Both the position numbers and the translations under genes were made by a program. Positions 27,126 through 37,300 of a stretch of DNA of 64,000 nt are shown one piece after another; within the stretch, counting starts at the first letter, position 1; each line of letters opens with the position of its first letter. The notes under the pieces were generated by a model. It saw only the letters and a list, made by a program, of their open reading frames with translations, was not told the DNA's origin and made no database searches. Source of the DNA: an uncultured Alphaproteobacteria bacterium (GTDB lineage Bacteria > Pseudomonadota > Alphaproteobacteria > Rhizobiales > Hyphomicrobiaceae); assembly GCA_963806735.1 (NCBI GenBank), contig CAWEBE010000045.1, positions 1,710-65,709 of the forward strand. Reading direction: 5' to 3'.

Positions 27126-28379
27126 TTAGCGATGCGCGGTCGAGAAGGCTGCAACCTTTTCGCCCCCCGGTTTGGAAGCTTGGTCCTCCGCGAGGGTGTC
27201 AGGTGTCTGGCGCGCCGCCTCGCCCACATCGCGCGCAAGGCGCAACGCTGCCAGCAGTTGACTTGCGGTCATGGTCTCGGCTTCTGCCGGTTCTGCATCG
27301 CGCCGCATATGCGCATGCACCACGCACAAGATCAGTACGAGGACCGCAGGCATCAGGTCGATGGAAATGGCACCTGCCCAGCTCGGGATGAAGTCCCCCG
27401 CATAGCGGAGCACAGCTTCGGCAGTCGACAGCGACTGGAAGCGCTGAGGCTCGATGCGGGGTTCGGCCAAGATCTTGTCGGCCGCGTCCGAAAGCGCCTT
27501 GGCTTGCGCGGCCACCGCCTGCTCGACCTTACCCACCACCGTGGTCTGCCTGTCGCCTAGATCACCGCGGCCGCTGGCGGCCGGCGCAATGAAACCGGAG
27601 ATCAGGCCATCCGCGGCGCGTTTGACCGCGGGAGCAACAGACGTCTGTTGCAATGAGGCGATCACGCCCATCAGCGCCATCGCCTCCCTTGCGAAGTTGT
27701 CGCTGCGCTCGTTGATGGGACCACGATCGGAGATGAGCGTGCGCATCTTCTCGATGTGCTTGCCGCCTTGCTCGTACAGCGACTTCACCTTTTCACCCGA
27801 CTGCGTGACCTCCTGTCCGAGATTGGCCAGCTGGGTCGACATCTGAGTGAGGAGCTGCACCACGGTGCCCGAACCCGATGTACCCGTCAGCGATCCGGCC
27901 CGCTCGGCTTCGGCAAGCTTGGAAAAGCGCGTGCTGGCCATCTGGATGTCGGGAAGAAGGCTCTGCGCACCCAGGGCGTTGTTGTGGGCCCGGTCGAGAT
28001 CGCGGGTGTAGGACTGCACGGCAACCGAAAGGTGCTGCTGGAGCGCGGCCGCCCCGGCCAGGGCAGAGGCGTTGAGCCATGCCGACATAGCGACAATCAT
28101 GAGCGAGCCAAGTGCCATGCAGCCGAACAGCAGGCCGCGACTGCGCATGTCCCGCACATGCGGCAGGAAGCCCATCAGATAGGTCCAGAAGGCATAGATG
28201 CCGATGGACACCGCCACCGAGTAGATCACGGCCGCGAAGAAGACCACGGTCGCGTTGCCGTTAAGCAAGTCCCGGACGCCGAGATAGGTATAGACGCCAC
28301 TCGCCAGCGCCAGCACGGCGAGCGTTACGCGCGTCATCACTTCCAGGCGATTGACGCCCTCACGCAGCACCAAAGACAT
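27126..28379 (-). CDS. 417-aa polytopic membrane protein with a long coiled-coil, unknown function
   Basis: Four N-terminal TM helices, a ~220-aa Ala/Gln/Ser-rich helical region, and one C-terminal TM (AISIDLMPAVLVLILCVV). The stop is 13 nt before the next gene. Confidence 0.7.
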   Translation of the reverse strand: MSLVLREGVNRLEVMTRVTLAVLALASGVYTYLGVRDLLNGNATVVFFAAVIYSVAVSIGIYAFWTYLMGFLPHVRDMRSRGLLFGCMALGSLMIVAMSAWLNASALAGAAALQQHLSVAVQSYTRDLDRAHNNALGAQSLLPDIQMASTRFSKLAEAERAGSLTGTSGSGTVVQLLTQMSTQLANLGQEVTQSGEKVKSLYEQGGKHIEKMRTLISDRGPINERSDNFAREAMALMGVIASLQQTSVAPAVKRAADGLISGFIAPAASGRGDLGDRQTTVVGKVEQAVAAQAKALSDAADKILAEPRIEPQRFQSLSTAEAVLRYAGDFIPSWAGAISIDLMPAVLVLILCVVHAHMRRDAEPAEAETMTASQLLAALRLARDVGEAARQTPDTLAEDQASKPGGEKVAAFSTAHR

Positions 28380-28611
28380 GAAACCTCGCGAGCAGCTGAA
28401 GCTTTGCCGCCGTCATCGCACTGTTGCAAGCCACGCGCCAATCGCGGCAGCATCCCGGTCATCACGTCCGGCCGTGCGGAAGGCCCCGTTTAAATAGGCA
28501 TTGGCCGGTTCGCTTCCAATAGGAAGGCGACTGAGGCTGCCGCAACGGCCTTCCAATCGATCCGGGCTGGTGCCTTCTTCCCGGGGGGAAAACCGCGGTT
28601 CGCGCTGCGGG

Positions 28612-28983
28612 GTGCATCCATTCATCTGTCTGCTGGTCGCTGGTTGCTCGCCGCTGACGACACTGCTTCCAGCGCCGGGCCGGTTCGCCAGCGAAGATGT
28701 CGGAGGCGGGCTAATGCGCATCGCAGCACCCAGGGGCGGCCTCGCCGATTGTGCCTCCGCAGACGAGTGCGTCCTTGTGAGAGCGGCCGAGGCGACCCAG
28801 AGGGTTGGCGCTACGCATTTTATGGTTTTGCCCGGTCACGGCGGTCCGACCCAAAGGGGCTATGCCTACATCAAGGTCTTCACTCTTGGTCCAGGGAAAG
28901 GTGTGCCGAGCAGCACAATGTCCGCCGAGGAGGCTTTGACATTTTTTCGCAAGCGGCCGAAGCCGGATGGCCGAGACGCGTAA
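28612..28983 (+). CDS. Putative lipoprotein
   Basis: GTG start. VHPFICLLVAGCS has a lipobox (L-V-A-G-C). 123 aa. Confidence 0.45.
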   Translation: MHPFICLLVAGCSPLTTLLPAPGRFASEDVGGGLMRIAAPRGGLADCASADECVLVRAAEATQRVGATHFMVLPGHGGPTQRGYAYIKVFTLGPGKGVPSSTMSAEEALTFFRKRPKPDGRDA

Positions 28984-29149
28984 GTCGAAGTCAAGAACAC
29001 GGCCGGCCCCAGTTCTTCACCTCATGTGCGTGCCGCACCGACTGCGTCGGCCATCCATCGGTCCGTTAGCGCCACGTTGGAAGTGCGAGCGCCTCGGTAA
29101 TCCGCTCGGCCGCATTCTCATGGACAACGTGCGTCCTGTGCTGCAGGCT

Positions 29150-29476
29150 TCATGTTTCCGCTGCTGTTTCTGTTGGGCTGGCGTCTTGCACCCATTCGAT
29201 GCGGATACCTTTCTCAGCCATGCAGCCTTTGAATGCGGCCTGTTGCACTTTGGCTTGCTCAATTGAGCGACCAATGCCGTAGGTGTCACCGCTCAGTCTC
29301 GGCACCCCATCTCGGGCGACCTGCGCCCTGGCTGCGCACTCTGTCCTGGCCTGCTCTTCGGTGGCCAACACGAGCGGCGCTCCGTCGAACCGCGATAGCT
29401 CTAACCGCTGCGCTTGCGACGATGCGCATCCACTTAGCGCGAAGCAGACGGCTAAACCGCCGATACGGCGAACCAT
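29150..29476 (-). CDS. Putative lipoprotein
   Basis: Internal ATG: MVRRIGGLAVCFALSGCAS (lipobox L-S-G-C). 108 aa. Confidence 0.55.
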   Translation of the reverse strand: MVRRIGGLAVCFALSGCASSQAQRLELSRFDGAPLVLATEEQARTECAARAQVARDGVPRLSGDTYGIGRSIEQAKVQQAAFKGCMAEKGIRIEWVQDASPTETAAET

Positions 29477-29717
29477 CGTGCACCTCGAATGTCTGCACAC
29501 GGCACGTACATCGATTCGCTTGCTTGTGCGAAGCTGGCAAGTTGCCGTGCGCTCGCCGCTCCGGGTTGAACGAGATTGCACCCGCGCTTACGGCTTCGCG
29601 GGTGTCCCCCTAAGGGCATATACCGATGAGACCGTTTGGCGCGTCTAGGAAACCCCGCCCCCTGACCGCCATTTTTATCGGGAGATTGGCATTCTGGCTG
29701 TTGTATTGGGGGGCCCC

Positions 29718-29957
29718 ATGCCGAAGTACTATTTCAATCTCAAGGGCAATGGCGATCTCATAGAGAGCGACCGGCCCGTACAGTTTCCGTGTCTCGCCAC
29801 TGCCAAAGCCGATGCCTTAGCGATTATCCGCGGCATGCTGGCCGACCTGCCGGGTGACTGGCAGTGCGGCACCATTGGCTTCGCTTTTGAGATTTGCAAC
29901 GAGGCGGGCGAGTTACTCGATATCGTCAAGTTTGAAGACGCCGTGCTTCTGCATTAG
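29718..29957 (+). CDS. DUF6894-like small protein
   Basis: MPKYYFNLKGNGDLIESDRPVQFPCLATAKADALAIIRGM.. fits the MPRYFF..D..G.EF.....A family pattern (memory). Confidence 0.5.
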   Translation: MPKYYFNLKGNGDLIESDRPVQFPCLATAKADALAIIRGMLADLPGDWQCGTIGFAFEICNEAGELLDIVKFEDAVLLH

Positions 29958-30125
29958 CTGTCTCACCTGCATTCCCTCTGGGCGAACCGACATGCAGCCA
30001 AACATGGCGCCGTCGGTATGCGGAATTAACCGCACGCCACGGTAGTTCCTCGTTCCGCGGGCCGCATGCTCTAGCCTGACAACGACACGTGGCTTTGCTC
30101 GCCACTGGCCTAAGCGCGTGTGGCC

Positions 30126-30740
30126 ATGACCCGCATCCTGATCGCTGATGATCATGCCGTGGTGCGCTCGGGTGTCCGACGCATCATCGAAAGTCACGCG
30201 GGCTGGACTGTCGTCGCCGAGGCTGCTGACGGCAAAGACGCCATCGACAAAGCCATTGCCACCAAGCCTGACGTGGCCATTCTCGACGACACGCTGCCCC
30301 GGATCAACGGCATTGAAGCCACGCGCCAGATTCGCCTGCGTGCACCGAACGTCGAGGTGCTGATCCTTACGGAGCACGACAACGAGATCATCATGCGCGA
30401 AGCGTTCAGCGCGGGCGCACGCGGCTATCTTCTAAAGACAGAAGCCGAACAAGAGCTGGTGGCTGCCATCGAAACTCTTGCGGCGCATCGGCCGCATTTG
30501 ACCAGCAGGGCTATGGAGGCGCTGCTGGCGGTCTTTCTGACCGATGCGCAGCCGGCCAAGCAGCTGCTGACGCCCCGTGAGCGTAGTGTCTTGCAATTGG
30601 TCGCCGAGGGGCACAGCAACAAGCAGATTGCCAAGGTGCTGAGCGTCAGCATCAAAACTGTGGAGACGCACCGCGCTGCGATCATGCGCAAGCTTGAGCT
30701 GACCTCGACGGCGGCGTTTGGTGCGTTACGCCGTCCGTAA
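30126..30740 (+). CDS. NarL/FixJ-type response regulator with a frameshifted extreme C-terminus
   Basis: MTRILIADDHAVVRSGVRRII..PDVAILDD..GerE HTH..LELTSTAAFGALRRP*. Paralogues end ..TSTAALVRYAVRNKLIEP*, which is encoded here in the +1 frame down to 30759. Confidence 0.85.
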   Translation: MTRILIADDHAVVRSGVRRIIESHAGWTVVAEAADGKDAIDKAIATKPDVAILDDTLPRINGIEATRQIRLRAPNVEVLILTEHDNEIIMREAFSAGARGYLLKTEAEQELVAAIETLAAHRPHLTSRAMEALLAVFLTDAQPAKQLLTPRERSVLQLVAEGHSNKQIAKVLSVSIKTVETHRAAIMRKLELTSTAAFGALRRP

Positions 30741-30964
30741 CAAGCTGATCGAGCCTTGAGCCGGTCACGTTTCCGCTGCCGCGCAGGGGCCTCGTGGAGC
30801 CGCCGACGACCAGGTCAGGCCATCGCTTAGAGATCGCGTCTAGCTGCTTTCATAGCCGAGGTGTCGGACCGGCTCAACTGATGCTCCCGACGAGAATGCA
30901 GCGCCTTGTACCGATAAAGCGGAAAACTGCAGGGCTCCGGCGTAGGAGTTGTGAAGAGTCCGCA

Positions 30965-31101
30965 GCCGCAGACGGCGCTGGCCAATGGCCGCAGCAAGAC
31001 CGAGGAGCGGACTCGCCCGTTAGCTGCTGCTGGCGGTTGATCGCCTCGACGGCGATGAACTAACGCTCACCCACGAGTTCCTATCGCTGATGCTGGGCGT
31101 G
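30965..31101 (+). pseudogene. Crp/Fnr-family regulator remnant (C-terminal region)
   Basis: ..EERTRP / LLLAVDRLDGDELTLTHEFLSLMLGV.. matches the EER.ARWLL..DR...D...LT.EFLA.MLGV pattern. It is preceded by a stop and a frame change. The HTH end is lost where the next regulator gene ends. Confidence 0.45.
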
Positions 31102-31151
31102 CTAGCGGACGAGCAAGGAAGTTCGCTGTCACATGTTGTCCCCTCAGGGGA

Positions 31152-31784
31152 CTATGCCTGAACCAAATTGTTGCGAACGGCATAGCGCACCAATGCGGCC
31201 GAGGAGGTGAGGTCCAGCTTGCGCATGATGGTGGAGCGGTGCGACTCGACCGTTTTGATGCTGACATTGAGGACAGCGGCCGCCTCTTTGTTGCTGTGGC
31301 CCTCGGCGACCAACTGGACCACAACTTGCTCGCGGTCAGTCAGGGTTCGCTGGACCTTGTCCGCCTCGGTCAGGAAGTTTTTGAGCAGGACCTGCGACGC
31401 CCGGTCAGTGAAGTAGGGCTTGTGCTCGGCCAGCGATTGAACGGCGGAAATCAAATGCTGCGCGGCATCCGACTTCTGCACGTAGCTGCGCGCTCCAGCG
31501 CTCAGCGCCTCATGCAACAGGCTCTCGTCGTCGTGCATCGTAAAGATGAGGACTTCGACGCTTGGCACCCGCCGACGGATTTGGCGTGTGGCTTCGATGC
31601 CGTCGATCAAGGGCAGCCTATAGTCGAGGATGGCCACGTCGGGTTTGGTGGCAATGGCCTGGGCGATGGCGTCTTTGCCGTCCGCAGCTTCGGCAACAAC
31701 GCTCCACCCAGCGTGATCCTCGATGATGTGCCGGACGCCCGTGCGCACTACGTCGTGGTCGTCGGCAAGCAGGATGCGGGTCAT
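31152..31784 (-). CDS. NarL/FixJ-type response regulator (intact paralogue)
   Basis: 210 aa. MTRILLADDHDVVRTGVRHII..PDVAILDYRLP..GerE HTH..VRYAVRNNLVQA. Confidence 0.9.
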   Translation of the reverse strand: MTRILLADDHDVVRTGVRHIIEDHAGWSVVAEAADGKDAIAQAIATKPDVAILDYRLPLIDGIEATRQIRRRVPSVEVLIFTMHDDESLLHEALSAGARSYVQKSDAAQHLISAVQSLAEHKPYFTDRASQVLLKNFLTEADKVQRTLTDREQVVVQLVAEGHSNKEAAAVLNVSIKTVESHRSTIMRKLDLTSSAALVRYAVRNNLVQA

Positions 31785-32071
31785 GTGCAGTCATGCCGAT
31801 TGCTGTTGCCATGCGCGCTGTAGGACACCGAGGTCGATCCGCGACTGTTGCAATAGTCGTCAAACCGGATGCCCAAAACTCCGGTTCTTCGCCACACTAC
31901 AGTTGCGACCCTCTGGCGAATGCCATCGTTCAACTCAAATAACCGCGGGAGTGAACCGGCATTGGGCACTCTCACCTCAGCCAATGCAGCCGACGAACGC
32001 TGCACCATACAGGCGAGGGTAGACCCGTTCGCGAGGTGGATGGTGCCGGGCCGCTGGCTATCCTGAACCAT
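31781..32071 (-). CDS. PilZ-like domain protein with degenerate c-di-GMP motifs
   Basis: ..GTIHLANGSTLACMVQRSSAALAEVRVPNAGSLPRLFELNDGIRQRVATVVWRRTGVLGIRF has PilZ barrel spacing, but RxxxR and D/NxSxxG are not conserved. ATGA overlap with the regulator start. Confidence 0.5.
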   Translation of the reverse strand: MVQDSQRPGTIHLANGSTLACMVQRSSAALAEVRVPNAGSLPRLFELNDGIRQRVATVVWRRTGVLGIRFDDYCNSRGSTSVSYSAHGNSNRHDCT

Positions 32072-32145
32072 GGGTCACTCCCTCCTACTTGTGACAGGCG
32101 TCGACACCAACTAGAGCCGCCTACACGGCCCTTGCGGCGTTGAGC

Positions 32146-32412
32146 TTAACGTCGCGTGGCTCTCGCGACTTCGTTCGCTGACACCTCACCGGCGGCAACC
32201 AAGGCGTTGACACAAGCTCGCGACAGCTTGCGTTGGTTGGCGCGCATGCAACGGCGGACGCCGCGCCCGTCGGGGTCGTGTTGGCTGCAGTAGGCCATGT
32301 AGTCGCTGGCGCAGCCCACCTCCACGCGGCCATCAACGGCCGAGGCCGGAGCGGGCACGAAGACTGAGGTGGCCAGGATCAGAGATCCAACAATCATATA
32401 GGTTTGCATCAA
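32146..32412 (-). CDS. 88-aa secreted Cys-rich protein
   Basis: Signal peptide MMQTYMIVGSLILATSVFVPAPASA. Four Cys (C..YC...C...C). Confidence 0.5.
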   Translation of the reverse strand: MMQTYMIVGSLILATSVFVPAPASAVDGRVEVGCASDYMAYCSQHDPDGRGVRRCMRANQRKLSRACVNALVAAGEVSANEVARATRR

Positions 32413-32871
32413 GTTGCCTCTTGCAGCGGCAGGATGGTTTGCAGCCGATGGACGGTCCCCAAGAACGCCGGCAGGCTCGGTAAAGCCACTAGACAGCGTG
32501 TGCTGGGATTGTACTGATGCCTATCAGGGGATGGCCTGATGTTGGGCTGGGGAAAACCTGGGTGCTCTGTCTCGCTTCTCAGTCGCCTGCGCAGGACACC
32601 GTAAACGAGGCAGCCTCGTTCGACCCGACCAAGATCACTGCTTTCAAGCTCCACCCGTGCGCGATGGCCTCAGCCAGGAGCGGGTCACTGCAATTGGGTC
32701 CCCGGCTGCGTCCTGCGCCAGGGCCCGAACCCGCGCCTTGACGATCGTAGGCGTAGCCGAATGCTTAATCCTCAAGACCCTCAGCACAAATCAGTGTTTG
32801 CCCTGAGTGCAGGATGCGATTGTGAACATTAGCAGTAGATGCATGGACAACGTAAATGGTTGGTGATCCCC

Positions 32872-33288
32872 ATGCGTCGTATCTCTGTACTTATCGCGTT
32901 TACCATCCTGCTGGTCTTCGCCGTGGCGGACCAAGCCTCCGCTAGACGTGGTTTTGGTGGCGGCGGCTTTCGTGCTGGTGGGTTTCATGGTGGAGGCGCT
33001 TTTCGCGGTACTGCCTTCCGCGGTGGGGTCGCAGGTTGGCGGGGCGCAAATTGGGGGGTGGGTCGCGGGGTTGCTTGGCGGGGCTGGAGCGGTCGTGGAT
33101 GGGGGTATGGGGCCGGTGTGGCGGCCGCAGGCCTCGCAGCCGGTGCCTACTATTACGGGAGCTCGTACCCTTCGTACTCCTATAACTACGGGTACTCTTA
33201 TCCTTACTACTCGTACCGGAGTTATCCGTACTACTACGGGGCAAGTTATTATCCGTATGGCGCCGCCTACAACTACTGCGACGACTGA
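32872..33288 (+). CDS. Secreted Gly/Arg-rich then Tyr-rich low-complexity protein
   Basis: MRRISVLIAFTILLVFAVADQASA signal. RRGFGGGGFRAGGFHGGGAFRG.., then ..YYYGSSYPSYSYNYGYSYPYYSYRSYPYYYGASYYPYG. Confidence 0.5.
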   Translation: MRRISVLIAFTILLVFAVADQASARRGFGGGGFRAGGFHGGGAFRGTAFRGGVAGWRGANWGVGRGVAWRGWSGRGWGYGAGVAAAGLAAGAYYYGSSYPSYSYNYGYSYPYYSYRSYPYYYGASYYPYGAAYNYCDD

Positions 33289-33564
33289 TTGGTCGCAGCA
33301 TGGGTCGCGCCATGGTGCTGATCCGCCCGCCTATCCCCGGGCAGTCATCACGTCCCAAGGCAATGAGCGTCCCCGCGGCGATACCGCAAGCACCGAAGCT
33401 GCGCGATAGCGAGCGTCTCGACGTGAGCGGCTCCATGGTGACGTCGGCGGGACGCTTGCGCGAGCAGCCCTGTCCTCGCTCGTTCACCCGTTGCTCGGCA
33501 CCGCCTATCAGGCCCAGTGCCGGAAATCCCTTCACCTTACCCTGCACGTTCGGACAATCGCCCC

Positions 33565-34195
33565 ATGACCCGCATCTTGATCGCTGATGATCACGCCGTG
33601 GTGCGCTCGGGCGTTCGGCGCCTCCTTGCAGACCATCCCGGCTGGAGCGCGGTCGCCGAGGCGACCAACGGCAAGGACGCTATTGCCGAGGCCATCGCCA
33701 CTCAGCCCGATGTGGCCGTGCTCGACTATCGACTGCCCCTGCTCAACGGCATCGAGACCACGCAACAAATCCGACAGCGGTGCCCAGCATCGAGGTCCTC
33801 ATCTTCACGATGCACGACAACGAAAACCTGCTGCGCGATATGGTGCAGGCGGGAGCGCGTGGCTATGTGCTGAAGTCAGACGCCAACAGCATTTGATTTC
33901 TGCCGTCCGATCGCTGGCGGACCATAAGCCCTACTTCGCCAGTGGGGCTTGTGAGGATTTCCCGGAAATGCTGCGCCCGGATGAGCGACAGTTCGAACAA
34001 CCGTTGACCAAGCACGAGCAGACGATCGTTCGGTTGGTCACCGAGGGCCACAGCAGCAAGCAGATCGCGAGAATACTGACTATCGCCGTCAAGACGGTCG
34101 AGAACCATCGAGCCGCGATCCTGCGCAAGCTCGGCCTCACGTCTACCGCGGCATTGGTGCGTTACGCCGTGCGCAACAACTTGACTGAGGCTTGA
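33565..34195 (+). pseudogene. NarL/FixJ-type response regulator with two frameshifts
   Basis: Frame a: MTRILIADDHAVVRSGVRRLL..LDYRLPLLNGIETTQQIRQR. Frame b: VPSIEVLIFTMHDNENLLRDMVQAGARGYVLKSDAN. Frame c: QHLISAVRSLADHKPYF..VRYAVRNNLTEA. Switches at ~33780 and ~33888. Confidence 0.85.
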
Positions 34196-34235
34196 GGCGC
34201 ACCGCGATTGCACTTGCGCTCGGGCCAATGTGCAC

Positions 34236-34298
34236 GAAGTGCCATGCGTGATCTCCCCCAAAACAGGGGTGCCCGCCACAATGGCAGATGATTTGTAA
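34236..34298 (+). repeat. Conserved non-coding block, copy 1 (41-nt identical core)
   Basis: GAAGTGCCATGCGTGATCTCCCCCAAAACAGGGGTGCCCGC is identical at 38320-38360. ATGATTTGTA is also shared further 3'. Ends 37 nt before the kinase ATG. Confidence 0.65.
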
Positions 34299-34334
34299 GC
34301 CCATTGACGCGCGACCCTCAAAGGGGGTGTCCGG

Positions 34335-37300
34335 ATGCAACTGGATCTGTCACGCAGCGCCGATTGCCGGCGCAAAGCCGCGCCAGCTTGGCTCGGCTCA
34401 ATTGCCTTGGCGATGGCGATGGGCGTCACCTATTTTCTCGCCGCCCGGCTGAACCTTGAGCTACTCAGCATGCCGGACGGTGTGGCCGTGTTCTGGCCCG
34501 CGGCGGGTATTGCCGCCGGCACACTCATTGCGCTCGGACCCATCGCAAGGTGGCCGGTGGTTGCGGGCGTCATGGGTGCCACCATGGCGGCCAATCTGAC
34601 AGGCGACAGGAACATCGCGAGCGCCGTTGTCTTCTCGCTGTGTAACGCCGGGGAGGCCGCGCTGATCGCGTGGCTGATCGAACACCATTTCGGTGCAGAT
34701 TTCAGCCTTGATGCCCTGCGTCGGGCGCTCGGCTTCTTCGTGGCAACCGCCGTCGCAACCACGGTCTCGGGGATCGCAGCCACGGCAGGGTTTGCCTTAT
34801 TCCACCCCTCCGAGGCGTCGCTTCTGACCGTATGGATGAACTGGCTGGCTTCCGACGCCATCGGTGTCGTCACGGTGGCACCGCTGATGATCGGACTCAT
34901 CCGCATCCTACCCGCCCCGCCTAGCGGACCTAAGATGCTGGAAGGAGTGGTGTCACTTGCCGTCTTAGCCACGGTGAGCACGGTGAGCTTCGGCTCCGAC
35001 TACATGTTCACCGTCCTGCCCCTCGGCTTGCTTCTGCCCTTGCTGATCTGGCCGGCCGCTCGCTGCCCTCCGGTTTTCGCGGCGGCGGCGGCCTGTATCG
35101 TCTCGCTCGTGATTGTCGTGACCATGACGCTGGGCATCGGCCGGTTGGGTGATCCGAGCATTGCTCTCGTCCATCGTGTGCACGCAGCGCAAATAACCTT
35201 GCTCGGGATGTCCACGTGCACCCTCGTTCTGGCCGCGCTGTGTGCCGACATGCGCAGTCACCAGAGGGTGCTCAAGGAAAGCGCCGATCGGCTGCAGCTG
35301 GCTCTCGATAGCGCCGAACTCGGCGTCTGGAGCCTTGATATCAAGACTGGCCGCTTTCAAAGCGACGCGCGGGATCGCGAAATTCATGACTACCGACCCG
35401 ACCAGCCGCCCGAAACCGTCGCCGCAGCACGGCCTTTCATTCATCCCAGCGATCTGCCGGTATTGGACGCAGCCTTTGCGGCCTCCAAGCGGACCGGTGC
35501 CCGCTGCAAGGTCGAATATCGTGTGGCTCCGGCTTCCAATGGCATACTTCTCCCCCAAGAGCGCTGGGCAGCGCTCGAAGGCACCGTCGTGCGCGACGCC
35601 CACGGCCGGGCTGTGCAATTTCTTGGGATCACGCGCAACATCTCCGACAGCAAACAGGCCGAGCGGGCGTTGGCCGAGCGCGACCTGCAGCTTGCGCTTG
35701 CTGGCCAGTTTGCCCTGGTCGGCAATTTTGCGGTCGACGTCAACTCCGGGAGGATGCAAGTTTCCGCCGGCTATTCCGCCATCCACGGCTTGGCCGAGGG
35801 GACCGCAGAGAGCAGCCGGGCCGATTGGCGGGCCAGGGTTCATCCGGATGACTTGAGTAACGTTGAGGCTGGCTTCGCGCGGGCCATTGCTGACGAGCGG
35901 CGCGAGCACTATTGCGAGTATCGTATCGTCCGTTCCAGCGGAGAGATCCGATGGATCAATTCACGCAGCTTCATAACCTACTGCGATGGAGCGGCGCCGC
36001 GTCTCGTCGGTGCCAACATCGACGTCACGCAACGCAAGCAAACGGAAGCAGCGCTCAAGGAACGCGAAGCCAGCCTGGCGGATGCTTTGGACGCGGGTCA
36101 AGTCATGGCCTTCGAATGGAACGCCATCACAGGGCAATCGCGGCGCAGCCTTAACGCGGCTCGCATTATTGGCGATGATCAGAGTGGGGTGGACAGTCGT
36201 CAAAGCAACCAGTTCCTCAAGCGCGTCCATCCTGAGGATAGACCGAGCTTCAAGGCGCACATCAAGCAGCTCTCGCGAGACAATTCTTCATATGCCGTGA
36301 ATTTCCGCTTTTGCTGTCGAGACGACCGACAGGTCTGGCTGGAGGAGACGGCGAGGGGCGAGTTTGACGCCACGGGCAAGCTCCTGCACATCAAAGGGCT
36401 GACGCGAGATATCACCGAGCGCAAACACGCCGAGCTGGCGCTGGAGGAACGCAACATCCAGGTTGCGCTAGCGGAAAAGGCCACTCTCGTTGGCAGTTTT
36501 TCGTATGACGTAGATACCGAGATCATGCAAATTTCCGAGGGCTATGCGGTCATCCACGGCTTTCCTGAGGGCACAACCGAGATAGCACGCAGCCAATGCC
36601 TGGCTGGCGTGCACTGCGACGACATAGCGTGGGTAGAACAGGTCCGTAGCCAATCATTCCGTGCGCGCCGGCGCGAATATAACGTGGAGTATCGTATCAA
36701 GCGTGCTGGCATGGTGCGTTGGGTCGAGACGCGCTGCTTCCTCGCGTACGCAAGCAACGGCCGCCCGTCGCGGGTGCTCGGTGTCAGCATCGACATAACC
36801 GAGCGGAAGCAGATGGAGGAACAGCAACACCTGCTGGTTGCTGAGCTCGACCACCGCGTCAAGAATACCCTGGCCACTGTTGCCGCCATCATCGCTCAGA
36901 CCCAGGAGGGACGGGGATCATTGCCAGACTTTGTGGCCGCACTCGATGGCCGGATCCAGGCGTTGGCGAAGACCCATGAATTGCTAAGCCGCAGCCATTG
37001 GGCCGGCGTGTCGTTGCACGACATCGTTCAACGTGAGCTTGCGCCCTATGAGACCGGCAATGTGGAGATCGATGGTCCGCAGGTGGAGCTAAAGCCGGAA
37101 GCGGCCCAGGCCATGGCCATGGTTGTGCACGAGCTGGCCACCAACGCCGCAAAGTACGGGGCATTGTCCAATCGCAGCGGGCGCGTGGAGCTTCGCTGGT
37201 GGTGGCTGCGCAATGGTTCATCCGGCCGGCTCGCCGTCGAATGGCGGGAGATCGATGGTCCTCCAGTTCAGCCGCCGAGCCAAACTGGCTACGGGATGAG

